Shown: positions 63,884 to 64,000 of the stretch, one piece after another
How the letters are laid out: each line of letters opens with the position of its first letter
Position numbering within the stretch: position 1 is the first letter of the stretch
NCBI GenBank assembly: GCA_963663765.2
Contig: CAXXUA010000006.1
Coordinates: 160,001 to 224,000 of the forward strand
DNA: 64,000 nucleotides
Direction of reading: 5' to 3'
From: Candidatus Poribacteria bacterium
GTDB taxonomy: Bacteria; Poribacteria; WGA-4E; WGA-3G
Made by a program: the position numbers and the translations under genes
The notes under the pieces: generated by a model
The model's database searches: none
The model's input: the letters and a program-made list of their open reading frames with translations, nothing else
Told to the model about the DNA's origin: nothing

Positions 63884-64000
63884 CAGGACTTACGCAGTTT
63901 TCATGATTTGATGAAGAATTATGACGAAAATTGTGTAAGTTTCAGCATTTTTTCGGTTTCCAGCGCCAAATCAACGGTATGAATGCCTTTTGGCATTCCC
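63884..64000. mobile_element. Left part of a CAGGACTTACGCA MITE with the GAATGCC hairpin (runs off the window)
   Basis: CAGGACTTACGCAGTTTT start; GGTATGAATGCCTTTTGGCATTCCC. Confidence 0.65.

Noticed and set aside
1-64000. tRNA, rRNA, DGR or retron elements
   Set aside because: No recognisable tRNA or rRNA sequence and no reverse transcriptase ORF.

Overview
Bacterial chromosomal window with dense mobile repeats; the gene and repeat style resembles Candidatus Poribacteria (inference, not tested). 0-15 kb: three paralogous membrane-anchored genes with a constant N-terminus and variable C-terminus, each downstream of a MITE carrying a variable 32-bp tandem array. This part also holds an orphan ThsB-like TIR gene with Glu>Gly at the expected catalytic site, an MNT-HEPN fusion, and a 7-unit head-to-tail MITE array. 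15-30 kb: defence island with a PLD-SNF2 helicase, an N6-methyltransferase/type IIG-like protein, an ABC ATPase-TOPRIM fusion, a truncated TIR-TPR gene, toxin-antitoxin fragments and decayed IS1595 and IS701/IS4-like elements. 30.6-53 kb: type III-D CRISPR-Cas locus with three arrays (20, about 31 and 33 repeats), cas1, cas2, cas6 and a cas6 pseudogene. Its Csx1 gene has an extra C-terminal CARF domain and is cut at the 5' end by an intact IS630. 53.8-64 kb: ordinary metabolic genes. The most unusual signal is a 141-bp MITE that makes 21-22-bp target duplications at GGGT..ACCC-like sites. More generally, several different IS-end shells each carry GTAG/GTGG REP-like hairpins. Coordinates and counts were read by eye, and product calls come from motif recognition with no database search.
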